Virus record (IMG/VR): IMGVR_UViG_3300019487_000019
Span: 35,924 to 99,923 of that record
DNA length: 64,000 nucleotides
Direction: 5' to 3' (one strand)
Source of the DNA: a virus
Under the pieces are notes generated by a model, which was not told where the DNA came from, did not search any database, and saw nothing but the letters and a program-made list of their open reading frames with translations. Position numbers and translations under genes: made by a program. Shown here piece by piece: positions 26,992-37,700 of the stretch (position 1 is the first letter of the stretch; each line of letters opens with the position of its first letter).

Positions 26992-28548
26992 CTACTCGGT
27001 GACTTTGTCAAGCTCTTTATACTTGATTTTATGGAGCTTGTGTGGATATTTGGCTTCGTTGTAATACTTTATACGTTCTCTAACATGTTTTCGTCCCCAA
27101 TGAAAATCGCAGCCGATATCAGTAATGTGAACCTTATCTTTGTCATTAGACCTGCGGAGCCCTCGGCCGATGGCTTGAATAACCCGAATAAATGATTTCC
27201 CCAAGTCAACCATCATTAGGTTGAAAATTCGGTGAATGTTTAGACCTGTTCCTGCAACGTGCACGGTTGCAATTACAACAAGGTCGTCATGTGTCGCAAA
27301 CAGATCGTAGATTTTCTTTCGATCAGCAGGATTGCGAATATCACGACCATTAACAAAATGTGATCCTTTTACTTTCGCCGCGAGTTTTCGTCCAAACGGA
27401 ATACTATCAACATAACATAGAACGTTGCCCTTCTTTGCGTCGCGCTTTGCCTCAATATAACTTGCAATCCACTCGATGCGTTCTCGGTCATGTTGCAAAT
27501 ATGATTTCTCGGCATTAAAGTCTGGGAAATATTCGTCCTTGAAATCTTCATAAGATGGTCTCGCTCCAGGAATATTGATTGCTTCCATCCCACGAATAAA
27601 GTCATCATATTCTTGGTGTAGATTTTCCTGAAGTTGGAGTACATCAATGTGAAGATTGGCAAGAATGCCAGCATCAATTAGATTCTTTGCATCCACTTGA
27701 TATCGAACAAGGCCAACAGCAACATGAACTGCCCAAGCATCGCTTTTATCTTTTGGCAACGTTCCCGTCACGCCAAATCTATACGGCATTTTCCCTGCAT
27801 GATCCGTCACAATTTTTGATAGAACGTTTCCTTTGAGGCCATGACACTCATCAACAATTACCAAATCGAACATAGCAACAATCTTTGGATTATTCTTCAG
27901 TGCCTGCCACGTCGAAACAACGTGTTGGTGTGTAGGAGTCTTTACTAAACCACTGTATTCGCCCGTATCGAGCTTGTAGTGAATGTATGTTTGCTTCGTT
28001 TGGCTGATAAGATCGCGGTTTGGTACAATCGTAAGCGTCTTAATTCCATGCTGCCCATACTGATGAGCGATCGCAGCACACAAAATTGTTTTCCCAGCAC
28101 CTGTTGCCGCAAGAACAATTCCATTTCCGTGCTCGATTAGAGCATTTACACCGTCAACTTGGTGCGGACGAAGCACGGTTGGCTGTCCATTATCCGGATG
28201 TGGGATATGTTTAAAGATATTTTCATCAATTTTGTCGGGCTTTACGAGAACTGACTCACGCAAGTCATCTAACTCAACTTTGTAGCCAAGACGAACAAGA
28301 CGAGGAAGCAGATCCTCTATCAAATACAAGAACGTTTTGCCCGTCTTGTGAAAGAAACGAATCTTTCCATCCCAATGACCGAGCTTGTACTTCGGATTGA
28401 AGAAGTAATTAGGGGCGTTTACAGCGTATTTGTCGTAGAAGTAATCAAGATGCTCGGCTGTGAGTCCCAGCACCACCACGTTTGCTTCGTCGAGAATTCG
28501 GATTTTTAGTATTTTGTTTTCCATTATAGCATGTCTGGTGAAATTCAT
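26992..28548 (-). CDS. uvsW: Superfamily 2 DNA helicase, UvsW-like
   Basis: LRPHQ, ATGAGKT, VDECH, GVTGT and QAIGRGLR motifs. Next to UvsY/UvsX. Confidence 0.92.
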   Translation of the reverse strand: MNFTRHAIMENKILKIRILDEANVVVLGLTAEHLDYFYDKYAVNAPNYFFNPKYKLGHWDGKIRFFHKTGKTFLYLIEDLLPRLVRLGYKVELDDLRESVLVKPDKIDENIFKHIPHPDNGQPTVLRPHQVDGVNALIEHGNGIVLAATGAGKTILCAAIAHQYGQHGIKTLTIVPNRDLISQTKQTYIHYKLDTGEYSGLVKTPTHQHVVSTWQALKNNPKIVAMFDLVIVDECHGLKGNVLSKIVTDHAGKMPYRFGVTGTLPKDKSDAWAVHVAVGLVRYQVDAKNLIDAGILANLHIDVLQLQENLHQEYDDFIRGMEAINIPGARPSYEDFKDEYFPDFNAEKSYLQHDRERIEWIASYIEAKRDAKKGNVLCYVDSIPFGRKLAAKVKGSHFVNGRDIRNPADRKKIYDLFATHDDLVVIATVHVAGTGLNIHRIFNLMMVDLGKSFIRVIQAIGRGLRRSNDKDKVHITDIGCDFHWGRKHVRERIKYYNEAKYPHKLHKIKYKELDKVTE

Positions 28549-29018
28549 TACATTAAATTATCCCGAATTTGGTGAACAAGCATATCGACTTTGTTTCGCA
28601 AAGCATAACCTCGTGTCTTCCATGCCTCTGATAGTGCCTGATATTTCTCACGAAGTTCATCAAACATCAAAAAGTATTCATTGATTGTCAGGAACTTGTC
28701 ATCACGATCAACGAACTTGCCGATTTCCCGCCCGACATCAAGTCCTGTTCCGCTTTTTAGTTCACGAACAATGTCGCCCCGAACCATTTCAACCGTTGTC
28801 TCAAGACGACGGCACATATTTTTCAATTCACCCAGACGTTCATCAACGTAAACTGGCCATTCCGCTTGCTCATTATTCGCTTCGTTTAGCGTCTTGCCTT
28901 TGAAAGAAAGAGCATCGCGAGGTTGATTGAATTCCTCTTCCAACATCATAAAGCGTTGCAGAAGCAATTTGAATTCAGCACTATTTTTATCTTGTAATTT
29001 ACGAAACAGATTGCTCAT
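28548..29018 (-). CDS. uvsY: Recombination mediator UvsY-like protein
   Basis: Helical protein of about 156 aa. SFKGKTLNEA...P...YQALSEAWKTRGYAL pattern. Adjacent to UvsW. Confidence 0.7.
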   Translation of the reverse strand: MSNLFRKLQDKNSAEFKLLLQRFMMLEEEFNQPRDALSFKGKTLNEANNEQAEWPVYVDERLGELKNMCRRLETTVEMVRGDIVRELKSGTGLDVGREIGKFVDRDDKFLTINEYFLMFDELREKYQALSEAWKTRGYALRNKVDMLVHQIRDNLM

Positions 29019-29578
29019 TATTGTTTAAGACCTCTCGTTTGCTGCTGAAAAAACAATATTTGCTGGACTTGTTCCGGCGAAAGTTCTGATTCATCAAAAC
29101 CTGGAGTTGCGTCAACAACAACTTCAGGCTCATCTGACTGAATCTGTTCAACAATGATATCCGTCTTTGGGACTACTGGCGGTTGCTTATCTGCCTGGGC
29201 TCTGAGATAGACAAGAACTTCGTCCTTTGTCTTAAAGATACAGTCGGCAGGAATTCCAATTCGCATCATTCGCTGAATTTCTGTAATCTCTTCCGTCGGT
29301 GGCATATTGTCGGCCATCGGTGCCAACTTCTTGACAAGTTCAGGAATTGCGTCACTACCTTTATACGAAACCACAGCAACAATCAACAAGACATCCTCGA
29401 CCATTTGTAGGTCAATCCAGCTAATCGATTCGTATGGTACTTCAAAAAACTCGTAAAGGGCCGACAAAACAGTCGGCCCAATACGTTCAAGTACCTCTTT
29501 TGTGATCCGACTATAGGCTTGCTCGCGAAGTCTGAACAAACTTTGCAGGTCCTTGAGCGAATCGCTGTTTTGTTCCAT
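29018..29578 (-). CDS. Hypothetical protein
   Basis: TAATG overlaps on both sides. Confidence 0.7.
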   Translation of the reverse strand: MEQNSDSLKDLQSLFRLREQAYSRITKEVLERIGPTVLSALYEFFEVPYESISWIDLQMVEDVLLIVAVVSYKGSDAIPELVKKLAPMADNMPPTEEITEIQRMMRIGIPADCIFKTKDEVLVYLRAQADKQPPVVPKTDIIVEQIQSDEPEVVVDATPGFDESELSPEQVQQILFFQQQTRGLKQ

Positions 29579-31686
29579 TATTTCCCCCATACAGCATCCT
29601 GTACTTTTAAGATCAGCTCTGCGGCAAGATGAATGTCAGGACGTTTTGGAAGTTTCGTATTTGGATACAATTCTTCCAACACTAATTTGTCCATCTTTTC
29701 AGCATATTCTACCACCTGTTCGTATGTCCAGGCACCATTGCGAATTGCCAAAAGCTCTTCTGCGTCCGGACGTCGAACTCGCAACACTCCTTCTTGAAGG
29801 GCCTCTGCCCCCATTCGAAGCAAACGAACAAGGTGCATTGCGTGCTTTGTGTTTCCGTGAAACCCAACATGACCGTTACGACGCGTAATCAGCGTATGGT
29901 TGTCGACCATAAAGCAAACAATACGTTGATTTGTTACAAAACCTTTCTTCACAGAAGATGATCTTACATGTCGTCTTGTTTTTCGTGGGCGCATATTGAT
30001 ATGAATATGATACATTTTATTGTTCGTTTCAAACGTTGAAATGTTTTCATAAGGACCATATTTTGAAGTTTCGAAGCCACAAAGTAGAGCAAGCCGTTGA
30101 ACGTCGTCAGCAAGTAAAGAGTTGGTTGTGTAGTAAACATACGTATGAGTTTGGTGGTTCTTCTTTGTACCGTCGCCTTGAAGAAGGGCAACAAGCAACG
30201 TTGTCATTTCCCGTTTTGTGAGAAAGAAACACCATTTGGGCAGACGTTTGTTACTACTTCTATGACCACAATCATCGTAGATTAGTTGTGAAAGTTCTCG
30301 TTCAAATACCCAACGACGCTCAGGATCTTTCGCCAATCCCTGTGCCTCAAATATATATTGCTTACATACAATCTTTCCATAGTTGATTTGTTTTGTAAGA
30401 GTTTGTGTGAGTTTGGATTGTGGCTTGCTTTGTGAAATCATCATGTTTTTTACTTTATCAGTTTCATAAAAGTTCATAGTACCGTCTGAGACATACCAAC
30501 CCACAAGTCTCAGATAATCCAACATGGTCACATGTTGAAAGATCTGTTCGTTGACATCTTTTGGTAGTAGCTGTCTATTGATCTTTGGTGTGATCACATT
30601 CAAAGTATCAAATGTTTCGGGAAGCTCTGCCGCCCGACTAAACTGCCAACATTCCTTCGTTTGCTTTGTTGTTCTTGAATGCTCACGAACATACATATTG
30701 TGATTAGCACTTACCAATGTGTCTACGTGGTAGCCAGTCAAGTGATAGAGGTTGCCTGTGTACAAACTTTCGATCCGTTCTCTCGGCGTTTGATATTCAA
30801 CCTTATGAGATAATGGATTGAAAGTAGCGACAGTGTCCGTTTCTGATACCTCATCAAACTTTTTCCAACCATCGTTCGTAAGAAACTCTGTATCGTCAGT
30901 ATAACAATCATATCCATGTTGTTCTTCGAGAGCACTTCGTGTTTCGTTTCGATTTTTCTTCCACGTCCAATACTGGTGCCACTTTTCTTTTGTTGAGTTG
31001 TAAATTTCCTTATTGAATTTCACAACAAACAACGGCACACCGAGCTCATGCGTATTCTCTACATATGCAGTATTTAGCGTAAAATCCTCCGAGTAAGTTT
31101 GTGCGTGCACCCACTTATACAGTCCGTACACTTCGCCGCCCATTGGCACGAGACGATACCCATCTCGATAGTCTTCAAGATTGATCTTGAATACTTTCTC
31201 CGATGTAAAGTTGTGCACCAACGATACGAAGTCGATTTGTCGAGGTGGCATTTCTGGTTGAGGATTTGTAATCCACTTATTATGGCCCTTGATTCGCTTC
31301 AGTTGAGCCAAAGCATAACCACTTGTCGTGAAAGCAATCTTTGACGACAAGAGTTTGGGCGCCGCTTCACGAAGGAGCTGATATCCAGGCGATGTAAACA
31401 CAACATCCTTCTCGTCGACCCACAACGTTTCAACAATGTTTGGATTACAGTCGCAGGCAAGTCTCACAAAATGCGACAATTCATGAAATTTTGTGTCTTC
31501 TTCGCTGCTATCTTCCTTTTCCTTGATTGGGAAGAATGGTGTACGCAGGTTGATGGGGTCGGCAACGAAAATGCCACGGAAATCGACATCACTAGTTGCG
31601 ATGTTCGTTCCATAGGCGTGCGAACCTGCATAGTGCTTCACCAGCAGGTTCGCGTCCAAAAGTTCTTGTGCTGTTCTGATTTTCAT
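29578..31686 (-). CDS. Pol-beta superfamily nucleotidyltransferase (PF10127/RlaP-like) containing an intein
   Basis: GSHAYGTNIATSDVDFRG, NPNIVETLW, GYALAQLKR and GYD|TKHAMHLVRLL, interrupted by 352 aa. Confidence 0.88.
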   Translation of the reverse strand: MKIRTAQELLDANLLVKHYAGSHAYGTNIATSDVDFRGIFVADPINLRTPFFPIKEKEDSSEEDTKFHELSHFVRLACDCNPNIVETLWVDEKDVVFTSPGYQLLREAAPKLLSSKIAFTTSGYALAQLKRIKGHNKWITNPQPEMPPRQIDFVSLVHNFTSEKVFKINLEDYRDGYRLVPMGGEVYGLYKWVHAQTYSEDFTLNTAYVENTHELGVPLFVVKFNKEIYNSTKEKWHQYWTWKKNRNETRSALEEQHGYDCYTDDTEFLTNDGWKKFDEVSETDTVATFNPLSHKVEYQTPRERIESLYTGNLYHLTGYHVDTLVSANHNMYVREHSRTTKQTKECWQFSRAAELPETFDTLNVITPKINRQLLPKDVNEQIFQHVTMLDYLRLVGWYVSDGTMNFYETDKVKNMMISQSKPQSKLTQTLTKQINYGKIVCKQYIFEAQGLAKDPERRWVFERELSQLIYDDCGHRSSNKRLPKWCFFLTKREMTTLLVALLQGDGTKKNHQTHTYVYYTTNSLLADDVQRLALLCGFETSKYGPYENISTFETNNKMYHIHINMRPRKTRRHVRSSSVKKGFVTNQRIVCFMVDNHTLITRRNGHVGFHGNTKHAMHLVRLLRMGAEALQEGVLRVRRPDAEELLAIRNGAWTYEQVVEYAEKMDKLVLEELYPNTKLPKRPDIHLAAELILKVQDAVWGK
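29851..30906 (-). mobile_element. Intein (Cys1...Gly-Asn/Thr+1) with LAGLIDADG homing endonuclease, 352 aa
   Basis: Begins CYTDDTEFLT, block B SANHNMY, LAGLIDADG-like LVGWYVSDG and LVALLQGDG, ends GFHGN|T. Confidence 0.9.
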
Positions 31687-31711
31687 GTATGTGGCTCCAT
31701 AGGGCAGAATG

Positions 31712-31740
31712 AACCTACCCTATTTTGCTCTATTTGTCAA
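31712..31740 (-). promoter_or_regulatory. Putative sigma70 promoter for the nucleotidyltransferase operon
   Basis: TTGACA - 17 bp - TAGGTT. The -10 overlaps a 9-bp hairpin (31699-31723) abutting the GGAG RBS. Confidence 0.5.
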
Positions 31741-32853
31741 CTACTTACGTTTGGCTTTATATTTGGCTTTACGACGTATTGCTGTTTCCTCTTTCGTTTC
31801 ACCTTCATCTCCATCGTCTTCAAGTTCTTCGGCTGTACGAGATCTCAAGAAAGCATCAGTTTTTGCTTCTGCTGCAATCAAGAGTTTCTCCACATGGTTT
31901 TTGTACTCTTTGTCCCAGTACCACTTTTCAGTTTCCCCTGTGACAGCATACCATGACCCATGCTTTTCAAGCACTCCAAGCTCAAGTGTTGCCTCTTTCA
32001 GGCCCGAATACGGGTCCATTCCCACATCATACGGAACTTCAATGTATACGTGTTGGAATGGCTTCGTAAAGCGTGTTTTCACACCCTCACAACGCATGTT
32101 GATACCCGTGACAACGTCCTTAACGCCTTCCTTTTCCTTGAGCTTCGTCTTGGTAAGTAGGACGATTTGTGAGGCAGAATACTTCACTGCATCACTAATA
32201 ATCCATAGGCCCTCACCATTTCGTAGGTCTTGGTTGCGGTACACTTGAGACGTCACGATCATAGCAACATTAAGCGGCTTGACGTCTTGAATGAACGTCT
32301 TCAACATTGCCTTCAGTTGCTTATTCTTCTGGCCTTGATCGCCCTTCTGAATACCTTCGTCGTAGTGCTCGAGTTCAGTATCCGTCATAAGCATATCCAT
32401 GCTGTCAAGAATGATCAGGATTTGTGGAGCACCTGCAAGATCACCTTTGTATGCTTGTTTGTATTTCTTCAAGAATGTCGAAATCGCACCAATTGCTTGG
32501 TTGATTGTCGTCACGCCTGCGTAGCGATAGTTCTCTTTATCAGTATTCACACCAATCTTGCGCATGAATTCATCATCGAGAGCATTTTCCGTATCAACAA
32601 CATACACAAACGCTCCTGCATGTTGTGCTTCGCGGGCAATATTTGCGGCCACAAAACTCTTACCAGCTCCTGCTGGTCCAGCAAGATTTGTTACACGGCC
32701 TTGGGGAATCCCCTTGTAGAAACTTCCGGAAATGATACGATTCAACGCATAGTTGCTCGTTGTATACCAATATCGTGGAGGTGCAGAAGATGTACCAACA
32801 CCTTCCATTTCCTCGAGTTCCTTGTCAAAATCGTCAAGAAAATCCATTGACAT
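31741..32853 (-). CDS. uvsX: RecA-like recombinase UvsX
   Basis: GIPQGRVTNLAGPAGAGKSF, VDTENAL, LDSMDM, KTRFTKPF and GSWY motifs. Confidence 0.93.
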   Translation of the reverse strand: MSMDFLDDFDKELEEMEGVGTSSAPPRYWYTTSNYALNRIISGSFYKGIPQGRVTNLAGPAGAGKSFVAANIAREAQHAGAFVYVVDTENALDDEFMRKIGVNTDKENYRYAGVTTINQAIGAISTFLKKYKQAYKGDLAGAPQILIILDSMDMLMTDTELEHYDEGIQKGDQGQKNKQLKAMLKTFIQDVKPLNVAMIVTSQVYRNQDLRNGEGLWIISDAVKYSASQIVLLTKTKLKEKEGVKDVVTGINMRCEGVKTRFTKPFQHVYIEVPYDVGMDPYSGLKEATLELGVLEKHGSWYAVTGETEKWYWDKEYKNHVEKLLIAAEAKTDAFLRSRTAEELEDDGDEGETKEETAIRRKAKYKAKRK

Positions 32854-32876
32854 AGTCTTTCTCCTTGTGTTAGAAA

Positions 32877-32945
32877 GAAGAGAGAAGGCAACAAAATTCC
32901 GAAGAACTTCTATGAGAACTCTAAGGGAGTTGCCTTCTCATCTTC
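32877..32945 (-). other. Structured intergenic RNA element (long stem with inner cUUCGg hairpin)
   Basis: 11-bp perfect inverted repeat at 32882-32892/32929-32939, extendable to 16 bp with one bulge. Encloses AAGTTC-TTCG-GAATTT. Confidence 0.55.
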
Positions 32946-32947
32946 AA

Positions 32948-33913
32948 TTACTTCGCTGGTGTACGGCGGCGAGCTTGAATCGTTGCGAGCATTTCATCAA
33001 CGTCGCTAGAAACAACCGCTTCAACCGGATCAGCTTTAGGAGTTGGACGTGGTGTTGCCTTGACAACTTCGAACGGCGCTTCGTCATTCACAACAACCTT
33101 TGGTGCAACGCGTTTCGTTGTCGTTGGTACGATCATGTCAGGATCGATATCGTCATCAGGATTTGCACTTGCAACTACTCCGTCCAATGTACCACCCGTA
33201 AGAGCAGCGTGAAGCATTTGCTCAACCTTTTCCTTACCAGGATGTTTTGGAAGTAGTGTTGCGAGATCGATCATATTCTCGGCTGCAATCGACAGCTCCT
33301 CTTCGTTGAGAGGACGTGGATCTTTTGTGAACTTAGAATTCAACTGATATGTCGAGAACTTCGGTCCTTTATCCTTTGCGATGACAAAGTCATATCCGTC
33401 ATCAAGATTGTAAGGAATACTGTCAAGTACATCGTCAGCCTTGAATGCATTCTGGATGATCTGATACAACTGGAAACCCAGAGCGATATAGCGAAGTTTA
33501 CCGACGTGTGTTTCACCAGTTGTAGGATCTGCTGGTAGTGGATCCTTCAGAACAAGTGCTTGTGCGATGTGTTGCTTTTTCTTCCAATACTTCCGTCCAT
33601 TTGGAGAGTCCTTACCCTCGGCTTTGTAATACTCTTGTGAGACCTTACAAATTGGGCAGTCTTCTCCATACATCGACAGACATGGAACCGATTTCTTCTC
33701 TCCATTGATTTCAAGAACGTGCATAACCTTTTGGGCTAGAAAGCCAAATTGATTATCGGTATTTCGGTCTGGCAGGAAGCGGATAATCGCTTTCTCACCT
33801 TCCTTCATGTTCCAAAATGGGTAGTAGTTGTTTGGGAGATTTACGCGCTCTTTCTTCTGTTCTTCTTGAGCAAATCGCGCGCGGATTTCTTCGAGTGTTT
33901 GAGGTTTAGTCAT
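32948..33913 (-). CDS. gp32: Single-stranded DNA-binding protein, T4 gp32-like
   Basis: YYPFW...AIIRFLPD, CLSMYGEDCPIC, GYDFVIAK and YQLNSKF. Acidic linker. Confidence 0.9.
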   Translation of the reverse strand: MTKPQTLEEIRARFAQEEQKKERVNLPNNYYPFWNMKEGEKAIIRFLPDRNTDNQFGFLAQKVMHVLEINGEKKSVPCLSMYGEDCPICKVSQEYYKAEGKDSPNGRKYWKKKQHIAQALVLKDPLPADPTTGETHVGKLRYIALGFQLYQIIQNAFKADDVLDSIPYNLDDGYDFVIAKDKGPKFSTYQLNSKFTKDPRPLNEEELSIAAENMIDLATLLPKHPGKEKVEQMLHAALTGGTLDGVVASANPDDDIDPDMIVPTTTKRVAPKVVVNDEAPFEVVKATPRPTPKADPVEAVVSSDVDEMLATIQARRRTPAK

Positions 33914-34044
33914 TTTTGTTTTCCCTTCTAATTGTTATAATAATGTTGAAATGAACTATTCACTTCTTCATATCTGCTTCACTTTCAATTGACCTCTTTA
34001 TAAGATCAACTAGCAGTATATATGCTTCCTTTTTCAAAAACTAC

Positions 34045-34076
34045 CAAAACAAAAGGCTCCCGAGAGAGCCTTTGTT
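34045..34076 (-). terminator. Intrinsic terminator ending the tail-fibre operon
   Basis: AAAGGCTC-loop-GAGCCTTT stem followed by TGTTTT on the minus strand. Confidence 0.8.
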
Positions 34077-34093
34077 CAAGATTTTCAAACCTA

Positions 34094-34786
34094 TTACCAC
34101 ATCAAAATTACAAAACCTGCACCGCCAGCACCGCCATCGCGAGCTGTTCCACCTGTTGTAACGCCACCACCTGCACCGCCACCACCACGAACACCCGAAT
34201 GTCCAGGATCGTTTTCGAAATTGTTGACGCCGCCGCCTGTACCACCACCGATGTTGTTGCCGCCAAAGCCTGATAGTCGGCTTGATGCTCCGATACGAAC
34301 AGCAAGATAACCCGCCTGACCTGCAACACCACTACCACCACTACCACCAACACCACCAACCGCTGATGTGGCATCAGCGACTACGGGTGAGCCTCCACCT
34401 CCACCGAGTCCACCATTTAGAGTCAAGAGAGTGCCTGAAGTCGAACCTGAAATTGTTGTATTGCCACCTGTACCACCGTTGGTTCCTGGATTTCCAGCTG
34501 TTCCAGCTGTTCCAGCAGTACCACGAGTAATTGTCAAAGTTTCACCAGATACAACTGTTAGGGGTAGAGACGAGACTGCTTCACCAGCTCCACCACCGCC
34601 GCCACCACCATGGTTTGCACCATCAGTTCCACCACCGCCACCACCACCACCAGCGGCAGATCCCGTGACATACATTGTTGTTACGTTTGTAGGCACAACT
34701 AAAGTGTCGTTTACCGTAAACAGCCTTACATTAACTAACGCTGCGTTTGCAACTGCAAGGCCTTTTGTAGCATCAAAAAATGTCAT
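34094..34786 (-). CDS. Glycine-rich fibre-tip-like protein (230 aa)
   Basis: FTVNDTLVVPTNVTTMYVTGSAAGGGGGGG...GGGGGGGAG...GGAGGAGFVILMW, the Gly-rich domain typical of phage fibre ends. Confidence 0.8.
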   Translation of the reverse strand: MTFFDATKGLAVANAALVNVRLFTVNDTLVVPTNVTTMYVTGSAAGGGGGGGGTDGANHGGGGGGGAGEAVSSLPLTVVSGETLTITRGTAGTAGTAGNPGTNGGTGGNTTISGSTSGTLLTLNGGLGGGGGSPVVADATSAVGGVGGSGGSGVAGQAGYLAVRIGASSRLSGFGGNNIGGGTGGGVNNFENDPGHSGVRGGGGAGGGVTTGGTARDGGAGGAGFVILMW

Positions 34787-34799
34787 TTACATTCTCCTA

Positions 34800-37700
34800 T
34801 TAAACAATCCACCAATCGCTACCATCAGCAACTACTGTTACGGTATCGTATTGGTTGTTCAATACAAATGTGGTTGCGCCGTCGATTGTGTCAGCATTTG
34901 CATCAACTGTAACTGTGTTTGCCGATGCATCTGTCTTCTTGACGATAACACGACGACCCGATACCGGACTTGGAAGATCAACTACAATTGCACCAGCTGT
35001 TGCATTTGCCAAGATCACTTCATCCGTTGCTGCAACTGCATATGGTGATGCAGCAAAGACAATTGAAGCAACAGGTGTCAACCACGCCTGAACATCAACG
35101 TTGTATGCTACACCAAGGTTTGTGCGAGCTGCTGATGCTGTTGAAGCACCCGTTCCACCGTCCGCCACTGCAACATCTGTACCACCAGCTCGGTAAACAA
35201 CATTGCCTTCGACTGCAATGTCGCCCGCCGCAAACCGTGAAACAGTTGTATCGGTTGCATGACCAATGTTTACTGCCAAGAACTCTGGCGAATCACCTGT
35301 ACCAACACCCAAGTTTGTACGAGCTGTTGTTGCTGATGAAGCACCAGTACCCCCGTCCACTACTGCAACATCTGTACCACCGGCTCGGTAAACAACGTTA
35401 CCTTCGACTGCAATATCACCTGCTGCAAAACGAGAAACAGTTGTATCGGTTGCATGACCAACATTGACTTCCAAAAATTCTGGACTATCACCAGTACCAA
35501 CGCCGAAGTTTGTGCGAGCCGCTGATGCTGTTGAAGCACCCGTTCCACCATTTGTTATAGCGAGATCAATTGCTAGTGTTAGACCACCTGGGCCAAACGT
35601 TGCAGCTGGAGCGCCGCCCGAAGTAACTTCGACGAGGCCAGGACCGGAGAAACCCACACCCGTTGTTGGATCGGCCAAATTGACAAAAACAGGTACTGGA
35701 GCAAACGGAAGTGCAGTTGCAAAACCGGCTGGTGCAGTTGTAAGAACTGTAGGTGCATCAAATGCTGAGTTGGATGAAACTGTTCCTGCACTATCATCAA
35801 CAGTCAGCATCGTGCTACCAGCTGCTTGAACAACCACAACATCAGAAGCTGTTAGGTTGATACCCGTCGTCACATCATCTGCACGACGTAGGGCTAGACC
35901 TGAGTACGGTGCCCCTTGTGTGAAGCCACTGAATGTTGTAACACCAGATGCATCAATCAATACTTTTTGGGCACCAGCGATTGCAACACTTACTTCATTG
36001 GCGCCACTATTGTAGAGACCTTTGTCTGTATGACCTACGCCACCCGAGAATGCAAGTGAAGGAGCTGCTGCCGTTCCAGCAGCAAGCAACAACGCACCAG
36101 TCATTGTATCACCAGCTGTGTCAACATATGTTGCACTAATCAATGCTGTAACATCTGCAGCAAGAACTGCTGTTGTGCCAGAAACACGACCCCACATATC
36201 GCGTGTGAATTTCAAGAATGTGCCTGTGCCACTGTCAGCAAGAACAGCCAGATCAACCGTTGGATTGCCGAGAACACCATCACCATTAGCGACTGTGATA
36301 CGAGCTATGGATGCGGTTGCTAGCTGACGCTCAACCCATGTGTCAACACCTGAGTGAACTGCCAAACCAACTGTCGCCAAACCTTCAAGAGCTGCCAAAT
36401 CATTTGCAAGAGCAAACGTTGGATTACCAGCAACACCAGTAGCGTTCGCAATCGTCAAACCAGCTGCTGGCTGAACCAATGAACGTGTAACAGTTGTTGC
36501 TGCTGCACTCTTGACAACGATACCGTTGCCCGCTGCTTCCAGCGTGTCCAACATACCATCTTGGTTTGGAGTTACATGAAGCGTGAAATCTGCTGCGTGA
36601 GTTGCTAGAACACCATCAACATAAGTCTTGTTTGCTGCATGTGTGCCAGCCGTTGGAGCGTTGGCTAGATTAACCTGTACGCCTGCTCCCGACATGAACA
36701 ACGAACCCGTCATTGTGTCGCCCGTTACATTGACATAAGTTTGATCGAAAATGTCGGTTGGCTCAATGATATCGCAAGCAACAATATAAATCATCAGTTC
36801 TGTTGTTGTGATATCAACAACAGCCGCAACTGGATCTGGTGCGTTGCTTGGACGTGTGCGTGTTAGTGTACCTGTACCATCAACATACAACGGATTGTTT
36901 ACCGACGCTGCGCCGCTACCAATGACTTGTGTCTTTGGAACAACGACAATACCAGACGTAACCACCGTAACGGGATTACCAACAACACCAGCTTCGACTG
37001 CCAGACCATAAACTTTGGTATTGACGTCAAAGTTTGTCATCATTCCAAGGACGCCTGGTGCCGTGAATGTTACCATTCTGTATGCGGCAAAACCAACGCC
37101 CGCTGTACCTGTCAATTCGTTTGTAATGAATGTGACTGGAGCAGTTTCTTGCACACCTTCCGCGACAAGCATGTCAGCGGTTGTGATAAATGTGCCGTCA
37201 GCGCGCTGCAATGCATTACCATCAGCTGTCGAAAGTAGGAAACCAGCATTGTTTGACTGCGAAAGACCGACTTGTGTATCAAGGTAGTAGTTGATATTGC
37301 TGTTGCTAAGACCTGCATTGATCGACATCGACATCAATGGAAGAGCACCTTGATTCAACTTACCTGCGAATACACGTACTTTGCGAATCCATTGTACAGA
37401 CGTTGCGTCCCAAACTTTCATCTGGGTGTTCAGCGTGTCGAACCAATGTTGACCTGTTTGCAGAGTCGTTTGGCCACGCAAAATACCAGTTGTTGATGCG
37501 TTGCCAGTTACAGCCTCAACCGATGTAATTTCTGTACGGTTCAGACCAATGTTGAAAACGAGTGATGCAATTGTGTAGGAACCGTCATTACCACCGTTTG
37601 TGCCTTCAACTGTGATCGCGACACCTGGTGCAAGGTATGTTGTGTAGTTACCACTTACGTCAAAACGCTTTGATGCAGGTGTTGTGCTTACGATGACGGC

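Noticed and set aside
33914-34040. AT-rich leader upstream of gp32 as a T4-like autoregulatory operator or promoter
   Set aside because: A TATACT is present but with no properly spaced -35, and no pseudoknot could be identified by eye.
34368-35048. Long plus-strand ORFs antisense to real genes (e.g. 34368-35048, 32230-32850, 60091-60699, 12508-13035, 40208-40783)
   Set aside because: They are shadow frames of codon-biased minus-strand genes with clear motifs, and show no RBS or family signature.
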